Origin: Gemmatimonadaceae bacterium
GTDB lineage: Bacteria > Gemmatimonadota > Gemmatimonadetes > Gemmatimonadales > Gemmatimonadaceae
Length of the DNA stretch: 64,000 nucleotides
Direction: 5' to 3'
Assembly: GCA_051859245.1 (NCBI GenBank)
Contig: JBHYGA010000005.1
Span: 859,537-923,536 of the forward strand
Shown: positions 37,525-47,893 of the stretch, piece after piece
Layout: the number at the start of each line of letters is the position of its first letter
Numbering within the stretch: position 1 is the first letter of the stretch
Translations under genes and position numbers: made by a program
Notes under the pieces: model-generated
Database searches by the model: none
Told to the model about the DNA's origin: nothing
Seen by the model: only the letters and a program-made list of their open reading frames with translations

Positions 37525-39233
37525 ATGAAATGTTGTCGTCATGGCCCGTGCGTTTCGATTTGCCGTGGCCCATTGCGCTGGCGTTGGTGCTGGTGTTGCC
37601 GTTACTGGTATTCATCGCGGTGAACGGCGCGCGCCAGCGTCGGCGCATTCGTCTCGCACGTTTCGCCGCGGCGGGCACGTTGCCCAGGCTTGGCGCATCA
37701 CCCGCTTCCCGTCGTGGTCAACTGTTTCGTTTAACCGGCGTGGCGCTGCTCTGTGCGATTGCGCTCACCGGTCCGCGGTGGGGCGTGTTGAGTTCGCAGG
37801 AAACACGACGCGGCATTGATGTGGCGGTGGCGCTTGATGCGTCGCTGTCAATGATGGCGCGCGATGAGCGCCCGTCTCGCTTGGAGCGCATGAAGCAGGA
37901 AGTACGACGGCTGCGCGCCTCTTCACGCGCCGATCGCATGGCGCTGCTCGCGTTTGCCGGACGCAGTTACATCCTCACGCCGCTCACAGCGGACGACGGT
38001 GCGCTTGAACTGTATCTGGAGAATCTGTCTCCCGATGTGGTGGGTCAGGCGGGATCCTCCATTGCACGCGCGATCACGCAAGGCACCGAGTTGTTGGCGG
38101 CGTCAACCAGTACGTCGGACAAGGCGCTGGTCATCATGAGCGATGGTGAAGCGTTTGAGCCAATTGAAGACGTTCGTGCCGCGGCTGCCGAAGCAGGAAA
38201 GCAGGGTGTGGTGCTGGTCACGGTTGGCTTTGGCACACCGGAAGGTGCCACCATTCCCGAGCAAGTGAACAACACCACGCGCGAGAAGCGCGACGAGCAG
38301 GGAAATGTGGTGATCACGCGGCATATGCCCGAGCTGTTGCAGGCGGCCGCCGAAGCGTCGGGCGGCGTGTACGTGCCGGCTGATGTCACCGACCGCGCGG
38401 GCCGCGTACGCGCGGCGCTGTCATCGCTGCGAACGGAACGGCGTTCCGTTTCGTCGCGCGAGGATCACGTGTCTCGCTTTGCGTGGTTTCTGGCACCGGC
38501 CTTGTTGCTGTTGCTGCTGGATACGTGGCTTATGCAACGTCCGGCGCGCAAAGCGCGAGCCGCGGCGGCAATCACGCCGTTGCCCAGTGCGCTGTCAAAG
38601 AGCGCCACGTCGTCGGCGGCGATGTTGCTGCTGTTCGCGCTTGGTGCGTGTGCGCAGGCCCCGGACCCGGCGCGTCGTCTTGAAAGCGGCGACGTGCTCG
38701 GCGCAGTGCGCGCGTATCGAGCGCAGTACGCCGCCGGTGATACCACAGTCAAGACACGCTATAATCTTGCCACGGCGCTGCTCGAAGCCGATTCGCTCGC
38801 GGCAGCCAATGAATTGTTTGAATCTGTTCGTCGCGGCGCCGATGGTGAAGTGCGCGCACGCGCGCAGTACAACGCCGGACTGTCCAAGCTGCGCGAGGGT
38901 CGCGTTACGCAAGGCGATAGTGCCAAGAGCGCATTCGCGGCGGCACGCGCATTGCTGCGGTCGTATCTGTCGGATCGTTTCAGCGACATCGACGGCAAGT
39001 GGAACTACGAGCTTGCCCTGCGCCCCGAACCGCCGATGGGTGGTGGCGGTGGCGGTGGGCAGAATGATCAACAAGGTGGGCAGTCCGACCAGACGGACCC
39101 GCAACCAGGTCAGCTGGATCAATCGCAAGCCGAAGCCCTGTTGAACAGTGCCGCGCGTGATGAGCGTGATGTGCAAGGACGGAAGCAGCGCATGACGCGG
39201 CAGCCACCTCCGCCGGGCGGGCGCGACTGGTGA
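37521..39233 (+). CDS. BatB-like VWA protein fused to a BatC-like TPR/Q-rich tail
   Basis: MIDAS DASLSM, PLT.D, SDGE; then TPR-like YN.A/YN.G, WNYELAL, G/Q-rich linker and RDW terminus. Confidence 0.82.
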   Translation: MNEMLSSWPVRFDLPWPIALALVLVLPLLVFIAVNGARQRRRIRLARFAAAGTLPRLGASPASRRGQLFRLTGVALLCAIALTGPRWGVLSSQETRRGIDVAVALDASLSMMARDERPSRLERMKQEVRRLRASSRADRMALLAFAGRSYILTPLTADDGALELYLENLSPDVVGQAGSSIARAITQGTELLAASTSTSDKALVIMSDGEAFEPIEDVRAAAAEAGKQGVVLVTVGFGTPEGATIPEQVNNTTREKRDEQGNVVITRHMPELLQAAAEASGGVYVPADVTDRAGRVRAALSSLRTERRSVSSREDHVSRFAWFLAPALLLLLLDTWLMQRPARKARAAAAITPLPSALSKSATSSAAMLLLFALGACAQAPDPARRLESGDVLGAVRAYRAQYAAGDTTVKTRYNLATALLEADSLAAANELFESVRRGADGEVRARAQYNAGLSKLREGRVTQGDSAKSAFAAARALLRSYLSDRFSDIDGKWNYELALRPEPPMGGGGGGGQNDQQGGQSDQTDPQPGQLDQSQAEALLNSAARDERDVQGRKQRMTRQPPPPGGRDW

Positions 39234-41482
39234 AGACGCGCGCGACCCTTGTGATGTTCCTGCTGCTCTGCGGCCTGACAGGCAACCGCGCTGGCGCGCA
39301 AGCGCGTTCGCCCGTGATTCAGAATCGTGTGCAGCTGAATCCCGGACAGCCGGTTGGTTTTCACGTGCTGATGGTGCCTGACACCGTGTACGTGGGGCAA
39401 CAGGCCACGTATGAAATGGGTGTGTTCATTAGCGAGAGTGCGCAGGCGCGCATGCGACGAAATCCTGAAGTTGTCCCTGCCGAACTGCGTGGTGTGCTGG
39501 CGTATGATCTCGGCGGCCCGCAGTCGTTGGCGGCGCTGCAGGTTGGTGGGCAGCGCATGTTTCCGCACGTGCTGCAGCGTGCGCTTTTTCCGTTGGCCAG
39601 TGGCGTGGTCACGATCCCCGCGTCGCAGCTCACGTACGCGCTCCCTCGCTCCTCGAGTTATTTCAGTCGGGAAGAATCTGCCGTGGTGCGCGCGGACGCT
39701 GTCACGCTGTACGCGAAGCCACTGCCGCTCGAAGGACAGCCCGATGCCTTTGCAGGCACTGTGGGTCAAGTCAATCTCACCGCGTCTGTGGATCTCAAGT
39801 CCGCGCGCGTCGGAGAAACGGTCGTCCTGACGCTGCGTCTTGGCGGCCGCGGGAATGTCAAGCTGTGGCCGAGACCGTCCGTGCAAACGGCCTCGGCATC
39901 GCTTGTGCCTGCGGGTGAACGTGTGCGTGTGGACACCACCGGCCAGTACGTGCGCGGCACCAAGGAGTTTGACTGGTTGGTCACACCGGAGCGTGAAGGA
40001 CGTCTGGTCATTCCGGTGGTGAAGTATCCGTACTTTGATCCGTACGCCGAAGAGTATCGCGTCGCGAGCTCCGATTCACTGGAGCTGCCGATCACCCGCG
40101 GACAGATTATCGCTGACGATGCGGCTGACGCGGAACGCGATGTGCTTCCGATTCGTCGCACGAATCGTGGTGAACTCTCGGCACCGCTGTCTTCACAGCC
40201 GCTGTTCTGGGCATTGATTGCACTGATGCCTGTGCCCGCCATCGTGGTGCGTCGCACGCGGAGTCGCGCAGCGCGTGAGCTGCCGGTTGAAACGGGCGCG
40301 GTTGAGATCACACCGCAACGCGCGGTCAGCACGCAGGTGCACACGAATCCAACGCGCGTCGCCGCGGCTTCACTGCGTCGCAAACTGCTGGATCAGCTCG
40401 CGGAACGACTCGATACCACGTCGCCAATGCTGGCGGAACGTCGTGTCTTGCAGCAGCGACTGCGCCGGCGCGGTGTCACACGCGAGACCACGCGCGACGT
40501 GATGGCGTTGATCGACGAGCTCGACGAAGCGGCGTGGTCGGCCAGCGGTACGCCGTCTGCCGCGATCGAGCGCGACGCGCCCACGTGGACAGAGCGGCTG
40601 CGTTCGCTTGTGGTGCGCGTGCACGACGAAGCAATGCCGGCGAGGACACCGTTCACAGACGGGCGTTCAGCGTCGACCGCGGGCAAGTCGGGCACCGGCA
40701 CGCGAAGCTCTCGCTCGCCGGTGTTACTGGCCGCGATGGCAAGCGGTGCGATGTTGCTCGGCGGCGCGCAGCTGCTCGCCGCGCGTGCCGACACGTTCGA
40801 GGAGGCGATCGCACAGTATGACGCGGGCGCGTATGCCGATGCCGCGGAGTCGTTCCTCGCGCTCGCCAATGTGTCGCCGCGCAACGCCGACGCGTGGGCC
40901 AATACCGGAACGTCGGCCTGGGCGGCGCACGACAGTGTCACGGCCGTTGTTGGCTGGCAACGCGCGCTGCGGCTTGAACCTACAGCGCTCGACTTGCGCG
41001 AGCGTTTGGAGCTGCATTCGGCACTGGCACGTGACGGTGCCGCGAGCGTACCCCAGATCGGCCGTCAGACCCCGACGCTCGTTGCACTCGCTTTGTGGTG
41101 CACGGGTTGGGCGCTGTTCGCGTTCACCATCGTCGTTACTCGCGCACGTCGTGGCGGCGTACTCGACGAGTATGCGGGCCTGGCTCGCGTGACGGCCGTG
41201 GCACTGATGGTTGGTGCCGCAGGAAGTGCGCTCTGGCAGCGACAACTTTCAGCACAACTCGACAATCCCTCGATCGCTGTGGTCACGCAGCTTGAACCGC
41301 TGCGTGTTTCTCCGTCGCTCGACGCGGATCTGAGCGGCAATACGGAACGGGGTGATGTGGTGGTGCGCGCGGAAACGCGTGTCGACGCGGAGCGCGGCGA
41401 GACCTGGGTCTCGGTCACCCACAGCGATGGTCGCCTTGGGTGGTTGCCGGCCCGCGCGCTGCGCGGCCTGGGTACGGGTTGA
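39230..41482 (+). CDS. BatD-like protein fused to a BatE-like TPR/SH3 region
   Basis: VYVGQQ, F.G.VG, G.GN and YFDP motifs; later TPR (ADAWAN.G) and SH3-like GW.P end. Confidence 0.78.
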   Translation: MKTRATLVMFLLLCGLTGNRAGAQARSPVIQNRVQLNPGQPVGFHVLMVPDTVYVGQQATYEMGVFISESAQARMRRNPEVVPAELRGVLAYDLGGPQSLAALQVGGQRMFPHVLQRALFPLASGVVTIPASQLTYALPRSSSYFSREESAVVRADAVTLYAKPLPLEGQPDAFAGTVGQVNLTASVDLKSARVGETVVLTLRLGGRGNVKLWPRPSVQTASASLVPAGERVRVDTTGQYVRGTKEFDWLVTPEREGRLVIPVVKYPYFDPYAEEYRVASSDSLELPITRGQIIADDAADAERDVLPIRRTNRGELSAPLSSQPLFWALIALMPVPAIVVRRTRSRAARELPVETGAVEITPQRAVSTQVHTNPTRVAAASLRRKLLDQLAERLDTTSPMLAERRVLQQRLRRRGVTRETTRDVMALIDELDEAAWSASGTPSAAIERDAPTWTERLRSLVVRVHDEAMPARTPFTDGRSASTAGKSGTGTRSSRSPVLLAAMASGAMLLGGAQLLAARADTFEEAIAQYDAGAYADAAESFLALANVSPRNADAWANTGTSAWAAHDSVTAVVGWQRALRLEPTALDLRERLELHSALARDGAASVPQIGRQTPTLVALALWCTGWALFAFTIVVTRARRGGVLDEYAGLARVTAVALMVGAAGSALWQRQLSAQLDNPSIAVVTQLEPLRVSPSLDADLSGNTERGDVVVRAETRVDAERGETWVSVTHSDGRLGWLPARALRGLGTG

Positions 41483-43276
41483 ATGCCACGCATCAAAGTG
41501 CTCAGCGGGCCGGTGGCCGATCAGATTGCGGCCGGCGAAGTGGTAGAGCGTCCTGCCTCGGTGGTGAAAGAGCTCGTGGAGAATGCGCTGGACGCTGGTG
41601 CAACCACGATCGACATCACAATTGAGGAAGGTGGACGGTCGCTGATTCGCGTCGCCGACAACGGCAGTGGTATGTCGCGCGACGATGCGGTGCTCTCGCT
41701 TGAGCGTCATGCCACGAGCAAGATTGTTTCGGCCGAAGATCTCGTTGGCGTGTCAAGCTTTGGCTTTCGCGGCGAAGCGCTACCGGCGATTGCGTCGGTG
41801 TCGGAGTTTGCCGTGGAGACGGCGCCCGAAGATGGCGCGGGCACGATCGTGCGAGGGCAGGGCGGCGAAATCAGTTCGGTCGAAGAGGTTGCGCGTCGTC
41901 GCGGCACAACGGTGCACGTGCATCGACTGTTCTACAACACACCGGCACGACAGAAGTTCTTGCGTGGCGCGCGCAGCGAATGGCGCGCGATCGCGGAGAC
42001 GGTCGGCAGCATCGCGCTGTTGCGTCGTGACGTGCATTTTGTCACCCGTCACGATGGCAAGGTCGGCCTGGATCTTCCGGTCGCACCAACGCTGCGCGCG
42101 CGTTTGGCTGCGTTGTGGGGCGCTGATTCCATCGCACGATTTGTTGATGTCGACGATGTGTATGGTGTGGTGCATGTGCGCGGGCTGCTTGAACGGCCGG
42201 CTGATGTCGGCACGCGCACGCGACGCGTGCTGCTGGTCATCAACGGGCGCATCGTGCGGGACAACGGCATCGTGCGAGCTGTAGAGGCCGCGTATCGCTC
42301 CACGCTGCCGTCTGGCGTGCGCCCGTCGCTGGTGCTGGAGCTCACGCTGCCGGCCGATGAAGTGGACGTGAATGTGCATCCGGCAAAAGCGGAAGTGCGT
42401 TTGCGTGAACGCTGGCCGATTGAGCGCGCCGTGGAGCATATGGTGCGCCGCGCGCTGGGCGAGTTTGACGCATCCGCCAGCGCAGGTTGGCGCACGTGGA
42501 CGCCAGGCGCCGCCACGAACGGCACGTTGCAGCCGGCCGCAGAGCCGCAACCGTGGATGCTTCGTGTCCCCTCGGCGCCCGAGGGATTGTTTGCAGCGGC
42601 TGCGGCGCACGAATCGGTGGATGCGATGTCAACTGCACCAGCGAGGAGCGCCGCAACGTACACAGCGTCTGCGTCTGTCTCGGATATCGCCCCACCCGAA
42701 GAGGTGATCGTGCCGCCGCTGATGCAACTGCGGCGCACGTTCATGATGTTTGAACATCCGGATGGGGTGGTGCTCATCGACCAGCACTCCGCGCACGAGC
42801 GCGTGTTGTACGAGCGGTTCCTCGACGCGATGGCGCGCGGCACATCGGCGGGGCAGCGACTGCTCTTTCCGCTCACGCTGCATATGTCCGCGCCGGAAGC
42901 TGACGCTTTTGAGCAGCACGCGAGCATTTTCGCGCAGCTCGGTTTCGAGATCGAAGCCTTTGGTGGGCACACGCTGCTCGTGCAGGCGGTGCCCATGCCC
43001 CACGCACGCTTTGATGCGGAGCGCTGTCTGCGTGATACGCTGGCGTCGCTCGCTGGTGATCGACTTCCGTCGGCCGCGGCGCGACATGAGCAACTCGCCG
43101 CAACGGTGGCGTGTAAAGCGGCGGTCAAGGCCGGCGATCTGTTGTCGCCCGGAGAAATGCGTGCGCTCTACATTGATCTGGCGCGCACCACGCTGCCAGC
43201 GCACGACGTGCATGGCCGCGCCACCATTGTGCGCCTGTCGTGGGACGAACTCGAGCGACGGTTCGGACGGAGCTAG
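41483..43276 (+). CDS. mutL: DNA mismatch repair endonuclease MutL
   Basis: IAAGEVVERP, GFRGEAL, DVNVHP.K and endonuclease motif DQHSAHER..YE, ACK. Confidence 0.97.
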   Translation: MPRIKVLSGPVADQIAAGEVVERPASVVKELVENALDAGATTIDITIEEGGRSLIRVADNGSGMSRDDAVLSLERHATSKIVSAEDLVGVSSFGFRGEALPAIASVSEFAVETAPEDGAGTIVRGQGGEISSVEEVARRRGTTVHVHRLFYNTPARQKFLRGARSEWRAIAETVGSIALLRRDVHFVTRHDGKVGLDLPVAPTLRARLAALWGADSIARFVDVDDVYGVVHVRGLLERPADVGTRTRRVLLVINGRIVRDNGIVRAVEAAYRSTLPSGVRPSLVLELTLPADEVDVNVHPAKAEVRLRERWPIERAVEHMVRRALGEFDASASAGWRTWTPGAATNGTLQPAAEPQPWMLRVPSAPEGLFAAAAAHESVDAMSTAPARSAATYTASASVSDIAPPEEVIVPPLMQLRRTFMMFEHPDGVVLIDQHSAHERVLYERFLDAMARGTSAGQRLLFPLTLHMSAPEADAFEQHASIFAQLGFEIEAFGGHTLLVQAVPMPHARFDAERCLRDTLASLAGDRLPSAAARHEQLAATVACKAAVKAGDLLSPGEMRALYIDLARTTLPAHDVHGRATIVRLSWDELERRFGRS

Positions 43277-43319
43277 TGCGCGGCGTACTCACCAGTCGAA
43301 CGTCTCGTTCGCGTCGCTG

Positions 43320-44261
43320 ATGTGGGAACATCACGAACCGCTCCGCGTGATTTGTGGGCCAACGGCGGCCGGCAAGTCTGCGGTGGTCATGCGATTGGCC
43401 AGTCTGCTCGAAAGCACCACACCGATCACGATCATCAGCGCCGACTCACGGCAGATCTATCGCGGGTTCGATATCGGCACGGCCAAACCCACGCCTGAGG
43501 AACAGGCGGCAGTGCCACACGCGTGCATTGACGTGATCGACCCCACCGCGCGGTGTTCGGCGTGGCAGTGGGCGGATCTGGCACGTGAGGCTATCACGCA
43601 GGCGTACGCCACGGGCCGTACGCCGGTCGTTGTGGGGGGCACCGGCTTCTACATTCGGGCGCTTACCGAGCCGCTGCACGAAGCGCCCGAACTTGATCCC
43701 GAGCGACGCGCTGCGTTGAACGCCTGGATCGACGAACAATCGCCGGAGCTGCTTCGCGCGTGGTGCGAGCGACTCGACCCCGAGCGGGCGCAGTTCGGGC
43801 CGGTGCAATGGCGACGCGCGATCGAGGTGGCGCTGCTCACCGGTGAACGCCTGTCGTCATGGCATGATCGGCCCCGTGCGGCCGAACCGATTCCGGTACG
43901 CTATCTTCTGGTCGATCCCGGTCCGTCGCTCGCGCATCGCATTGCTGATCGCGTCAACGTGATGCTGGAGCACGGCTGGCTGGAGGAAGTGGCGCGGCTG
44001 AGAGCGCACGTGCCTGAGGACGCGCCGGCGTGGCTGGCGACCGGGTATGCAGAGGTGTTGGCACATGCAGACGGAACGTTGACGTTCGATGAGATGCGTA
44101 CGCGCGTGACCATTCGAACGCGGCAGTACGCGAAACGGCAGCGCACATGGTTTCGGCACCAGTTGGAGAGCGACCGGGTAACGCGCATCGCCCCTGATGC
44201 GGCGGCAGCAATGGAATCGGCGTGGCGCTGGTGGCACGACCAACACGAGGAGAGGCTGTGA
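43320..44261 (+). CDS. miaA: tRNA dimethylallyltransferase
   Basis: GPTAAGKS, ADSRQIY...DIGTAKP, GGTGFY and TRQYAKRQ.TWF motifs; ORF-track start is over-extended. Confidence 0.95.
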   Translation: MWEHHEPLRVICGPTAAGKSAVVMRLASLLESTTPITIISADSRQIYRGFDIGTAKPTPEEQAAVPHACIDVIDPTARCSAWQWADLAREAITQAYATGRTPVVVGGTGFYIRALTEPLHEAPELDPERRAALNAWIDEQSPELLRAWCERLDPERAQFGPVQWRRAIEVALLTGERLSSWHDRPRAAEPIPVRYLLVDPGPSLAHRIADRVNVMLEHGWLEEVARLRAHVPEDAPAWLATGYAEVLAHADGTLTFDEMRTRVTIRTRQYAKRQRTWFRHQLESDRVTRIAPDAAAAMESAWRWWHDQHEERL

Positions 44262-45391
44262 AGATCGGGATTACCTGTTACCCAACGTATGGCGGTTCGG
44301 GCGCCGTCGCGACTGAGCTGGGCATTGCGCTCGCGGCGCGCGGACACGAGGTGCACTTCATTACGTATCAGCAGCCATTCCGTCTGCCGAGTTTTTTGCC
44401 CAACGTGTACTTCCACGAAGTGGAGGTTGGGCGATATCCGCTGTTTGAGTTTCCGCCGTATGATCTGGCACTCGCGGTGAAAATGCACGAGGTCGTGCGC
44501 GATCACAGCCTCGATGTGCTGCACTGTCACTACGCGATTCCACACGCAACCAGCGCGTGGATTGCACGTGAGATGTTGCGCGAATCGAACCGTGATGTGA
44601 AGGTGGTCACCACGCTGCACGGCACGGATATCACGATCGTCGGACAGGAACGTTCGTTCTTCACGATCACCAAGTTCTCCATCGAAAAATCGGACGTTGT
44701 GACCGCGGTGTCGGATTATCTGCGCGACGAAACGTACCGCGCTTTCGGGTGCACGGGCTGCGCTGTTGAAGTGATTCACAACTTCATCGATCCGGTGCTC
44801 TTTGAACGTGCGCGCCACCCGGCGCCATTCCCGGAAGCCGTACGGTCCGGAAAGAAGGTGCTCATGCACATCTCGAACTTTCGTGCGGTCAAGCGCGTGC
44901 GTGATGTCGTGAAGGTGTTTGCGCAGGTGCACAAGGCCATCCCGTCAACACTCGTCATGGTCGGTGACGGTCCGGAGCGCGTTGAAGCCGAAGACGAAGC
45001 GCGTGACCTCGGCGTCTTTGGCGACATCCGATTTCTCGGCAAGATCGACTCAGTGGCGCCGCTGCTCGCGGGCGCGGATTTGTTCGTGTTGCCCAGCCAA
45101 ACGGAATCATTCGGCCTGAGTGCGCTCGAAGCACTCGCGGCTGGTGTGCCGGTCATCGCCAGTCGGGTGGGTGGATTGCCGGAGGTTGTGCGTCACGGTG
45201 TCACCGGCTGGTTGCATCCGCTTGGGGACGTGGATGCCATGGCTCGCGATGCGATTGCGGTGTTGTCAGATAGCGCACTCTGGAATGCCACGAGTACTGC
45301 GGCGGCAGCTGATGCGCGCGCGCGTTTCTCCGAAGCCGATGTGGTCGGTCAGTACGAAGCGCTGTATCGCCGCACGCTGGGTATCGCATGA
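44258..45391 (+). CDS. bshA: N-acetyl-alpha-D-glucosaminyl L-malate synthase (bacillithiol biosynthesis)
   Basis: KIGITCYPTYGGSG.VATELG, HYAIPHA, TTLHGTDIT, HISNFR.VKR and ESFGL motifs. Confidence 0.93.
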   Translation: MKIGITCYPTYGGSGAVATELGIALAARGHEVHFITYQQPFRLPSFLPNVYFHEVEVGRYPLFEFPPYDLALAVKMHEVVRDHSLDVLHCHYAIPHATSAWIAREMLRESNRDVKVVTTLHGTDITIVGQERSFFTITKFSIEKSDVVTAVSDYLRDETYRAFGCTGCAVEVIHNFIDPVLFERARHPAPFPEAVRSGKKVLMHISNFRAVKRVRDVVKVFAQVHKAIPSTLVMVGDGPERVEAEDEARDLGVFGDIRFLGKIDSVAPLLAGADLFVLPSQTESFGLSALEALAAGVPVIASRVGGLPEVVRHGVTGWLHPLGDVDAMARDAIAVLSDSALWNATSTAAAADARARFSEADVVGQYEALYRRTLGIA

Positions 45392-46203
45392 CACTCTGGC
45401 AGGCGATCGTTCTTGGATTGGTGCAGGGGCTTACGGAGTTTCTGCCCGTGAGCAGCTCGGCGCATTTGTCACTTGCACCCTGGCTGCTTGGTTGGAGTAC
45501 ACCGGGACTGGCGTTCGATGTGGGATTGCATCTCGGTTCGCTGGTCGCCGTGGCGTGGTACTTTCGCGCCGACTGGATCGCGCTCTTCGGCGCGGCGATT
45601 CGCATGCTGCGCACGCGTCGTGTGAGCAGTCCGGTGGACCGTCGTGTGTTATTGCTGATGGCCGCAACCGTTCCTGCGGGCGTAGGCGGGTTGTTGTTGC
45701 AGGACTATGCCGAAACCGTATTCCGGCACCCGGCGATCACCGCGACCACGTTGATCGTGCTCGGCGTTATTCTCTGGGCCGTGGACCGCGCCGTCGCGCA
45801 GTCGCGATCACTTGATGTGCTCACCGCGCGCGATGCCTGGTTGATCGGGTTGGCGCAGGTGTGTGCGCTTGTGCCTGGTGTGTCTCGATCTGGCGCGACC
45901 ATGACGGCGGGGCGGGCGCTCGGACTTGATCGCGCGTCCGCGGCACGGTTCAGCTTTCTGATGAGTTTTCCGATCATTTGCGCCGCCGTGATTTTCAAGT
46001 TGCCTGACGTGCTACGAGATGGCGGTTCGATCACACCTATGGTGGTCGGGATTGCGGCCGCAGCGGTCAGCAGCTGGTTGGCGATCACGGTGCTGCTGCG
46101 CTATGTGGTGAATAACAGTTTTGGAATTTTTGCGGTGTATCGCGTCGTGCTCGGGCTGGTGGTGTTCGCGCTGCTGGCGTGGCGCGGGCAGCCGGTGGCG
46201 TAA
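45388..46203 (+). CDS. uppP: Undecaprenyl-diphosphate phosphatase
   Basis: QGLTEFLPVSSSAH and PGVSRSG.T motifs. Confidence 0.96.
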   Translation: MTLWQAIVLGLVQGLTEFLPVSSSAHLSLAPWLLGWSTPGLAFDVGLHLGSLVAVAWYFRADWIALFGAAIRMLRTRRVSSPVDRRVLLLMAATVPAGVGGLLLQDYAETVFRHPAITATTLIVLGVILWAVDRAVAQSRSLDVLTARDAWLIGLAQVCALVPGVSRSGATMTAGRALGLDRASAARFSFLMSFPIICAAVIFKLPDVLRDGGSITPMVVGIAAAAVSSWLAITVLLRYVVNNSFGIFAVYRVVLGLVVFALLAWRGQPVA

Positions 46204-46207
46204 CGCG

Positions 46208-46996
46208 GTGCCTACGCTCGACGGTGTCTCGCTCAATCTTGCCCGCGCGAGCATCACGCGCTTTGTGCATGAGCATTCGGTGGCGTCAACGATGGATCTT
46301 GCGCACGAGCTGGCATCGTCCGGCGCGCCAAGCGGCACGGTGGTCGTAGCGGATGTGCAAACCGCGGGGCGCGGCCGCGGTGGCAAAGCGTGGCAATCGC
46401 GGGCTGGCGATGGGTTGTGGTGCACTGTGCTTGAGCGCGTACCGTCGGTCACTGCACTCGACGTCCTTTCGCTGCGCGTTGGTCTCGCGCTACGTGAATG
46501 TGCGCAGGTTTTTTGCGACGAACCACTCGGCATGAAGTGGCCGAATGATGTGGTGGTGCGCGACGCCACGGCAGGCGGTGCGCTGCGCAAGCTCGCGGGC
46601 GTGTTGATTGAAGCCCGCTGGCGAGACGCGCAGGTGGAGTGGGTGGCCATTGGCATGGGCATCAACATGCGCGAGACGCACGGCGGCGAGCAGGGCGGGG
46701 TGCTGGCATTTCGCGCTGCGACGCTTCGACACAATGTGCACCGTGTGGAGCTACTTGAGGCGCTGATTCCTGCCGTACGCGCGGCCGCACAGTGCGATGG
46801 TGTACTCACACCCGAAGAGCGCGCGCGTTGGACGGCGGTTGATGCGGTGGCGGGGCGTCGATGCACCTTGCCAAGTGTGGGCGTGGTTGCCGGTGTGGAA
46901 ACGGACGGCGCGTTATGCGTGCTCGGCGATGACGGGGCGGTGGCCCGCCATCGATCGGGCTCGCTGATTCTGACTGAGGAGAACGCCACATGCTGA
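46208..46996 (+). CDS. birA: Biotin-protein ligase (no HTH domain)
   Basis: ST, QTAGRGR, KWPND, KLAGVL.E and G.GIN motifs; GTG start at 46208. Confidence 0.9.
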   Translation: MPTLDGVSLNLARASITRFVHEHSVASTMDLAHELASSGAPSGTVVVADVQTAGRGRGGKAWQSRAGDGLWCTVLERVPSVTALDVLSLRVGLALRECAQVFCDEPLGMKWPNDVVVRDATAGGALRKLAGVLIEARWRDAQVEWVAIGMGINMRETHGGEQGGVLAFRAATLRHNVHRVELLEALIPAVRAAAQCDGVLTPEERARWTAVDAVAGRRCTLPSVGVVAGVETDGALCVLGDDGAVARHRSGSLILTEENATC

Positions 46997-47781
46997 TCGT
47001 GTTCGATGTAGGTAACAGCGAGACCACCGTGGGTTTGTTTGACAAAGCGCATCTGGTGGCGCATTGGCGCATCACCACCAGCATTGAGCGAACCGCCGAC
47101 GAATTCGGTTTGCTGATTGTGGGCTTGCTGAACACCGCCGGTGTTGCGCAGGAGCAAGTCTTGCACGCCGCGATTGGCTCGGTGGTGCCGCCTATTACTG
47201 GTCCGCTTTCGGCCGCATGTACGCAGTATCTTGGCGCACCGCCCGTGATTGTTGATGCGCGCGCGGCGTTGCCGATTACGGTAGCGGTGGATGAGCCGCT
47301 CACGGTAGGTGCGGATCGCCTGATCAACACCTTGGCGGCGAGTCGGTTGTACGGGCGCGATACCATCTGTGTGGATCTTGGTACGGCCACCACGTTCGAC
47401 TGCATCACGTCCGACGGTGTGTTTCTTGGCGGCGTGATCATGCCTGGTGTGCGCACCTCCGCAGACACGCTCACGCGTCGCACGTCAAAACTTCCGGCAA
47501 CGGAAATCGTTGCGCCACAGCGTGTGATTGGTAGGCGCACCGAGGAGTGCATTCGTGCCGGCGTGTTGTTTGGTGCCGCCGACGCGATTGATGGCATTGT
47601 GCGTCGCATCAAGCGTGAATGGCCGCGAGCCACGGAGCCGTATGTGGTGGCCACGGGTGGGCTGGCCGAGGTGCTGCAGCCGCACTGCACCAGTTTTAAT
47701 CTGGTGGCACCGTATCTCACGTTGGACGGGCTTCGTCTGGCGCACGAGATATTGGCGGGTCACGAACCGGCTGCCGAATAG
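46990..47781 (+). CDS. coaX: Type III pantothenate kinase
   Basis: DVGNS, SVVP, GADR, D.GTATT, GG.I.PG and ATGG motifs. Confidence 0.95.
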   Translation: MLIVFDVGNSETTVGLFDKAHLVAHWRITTSIERTADEFGLLIVGLLNTAGVAQEQVLHAAIGSVVPPITGPLSAACTQYLGAPPVIVDARAALPITVAVDEPLTVGADRLINTLAASRLYGRDTICVDLGTATTFDCITSDGVFLGGVIMPGVRTSADTLTRRTSKLPATEIVAPQRVIGRRTEECIRAGVLFGAADAIDGIVRRIKREWPRATEPYVVATGGLAEVLQPHCTSFNLVAPYLTLDGLRLAHEILAGHEPAAE

Positions 47782-47893
47782 GCAGTTCGAGACGCCCGGT
47801 TGACAGGATCGGCTGTCAGAACGACCGGAATTATACGAGCTAAACCGTTACAGCATAGTGGTTTAGCTGATGCGTATGGGTCTTGGCGGGGGG

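Noticed and set aside
42750..43319. Long N-terminal extension or fusion on MiaA
   Set aside because: It is an alternate frame overlapping mutL; MiaA homology starts after 43320.
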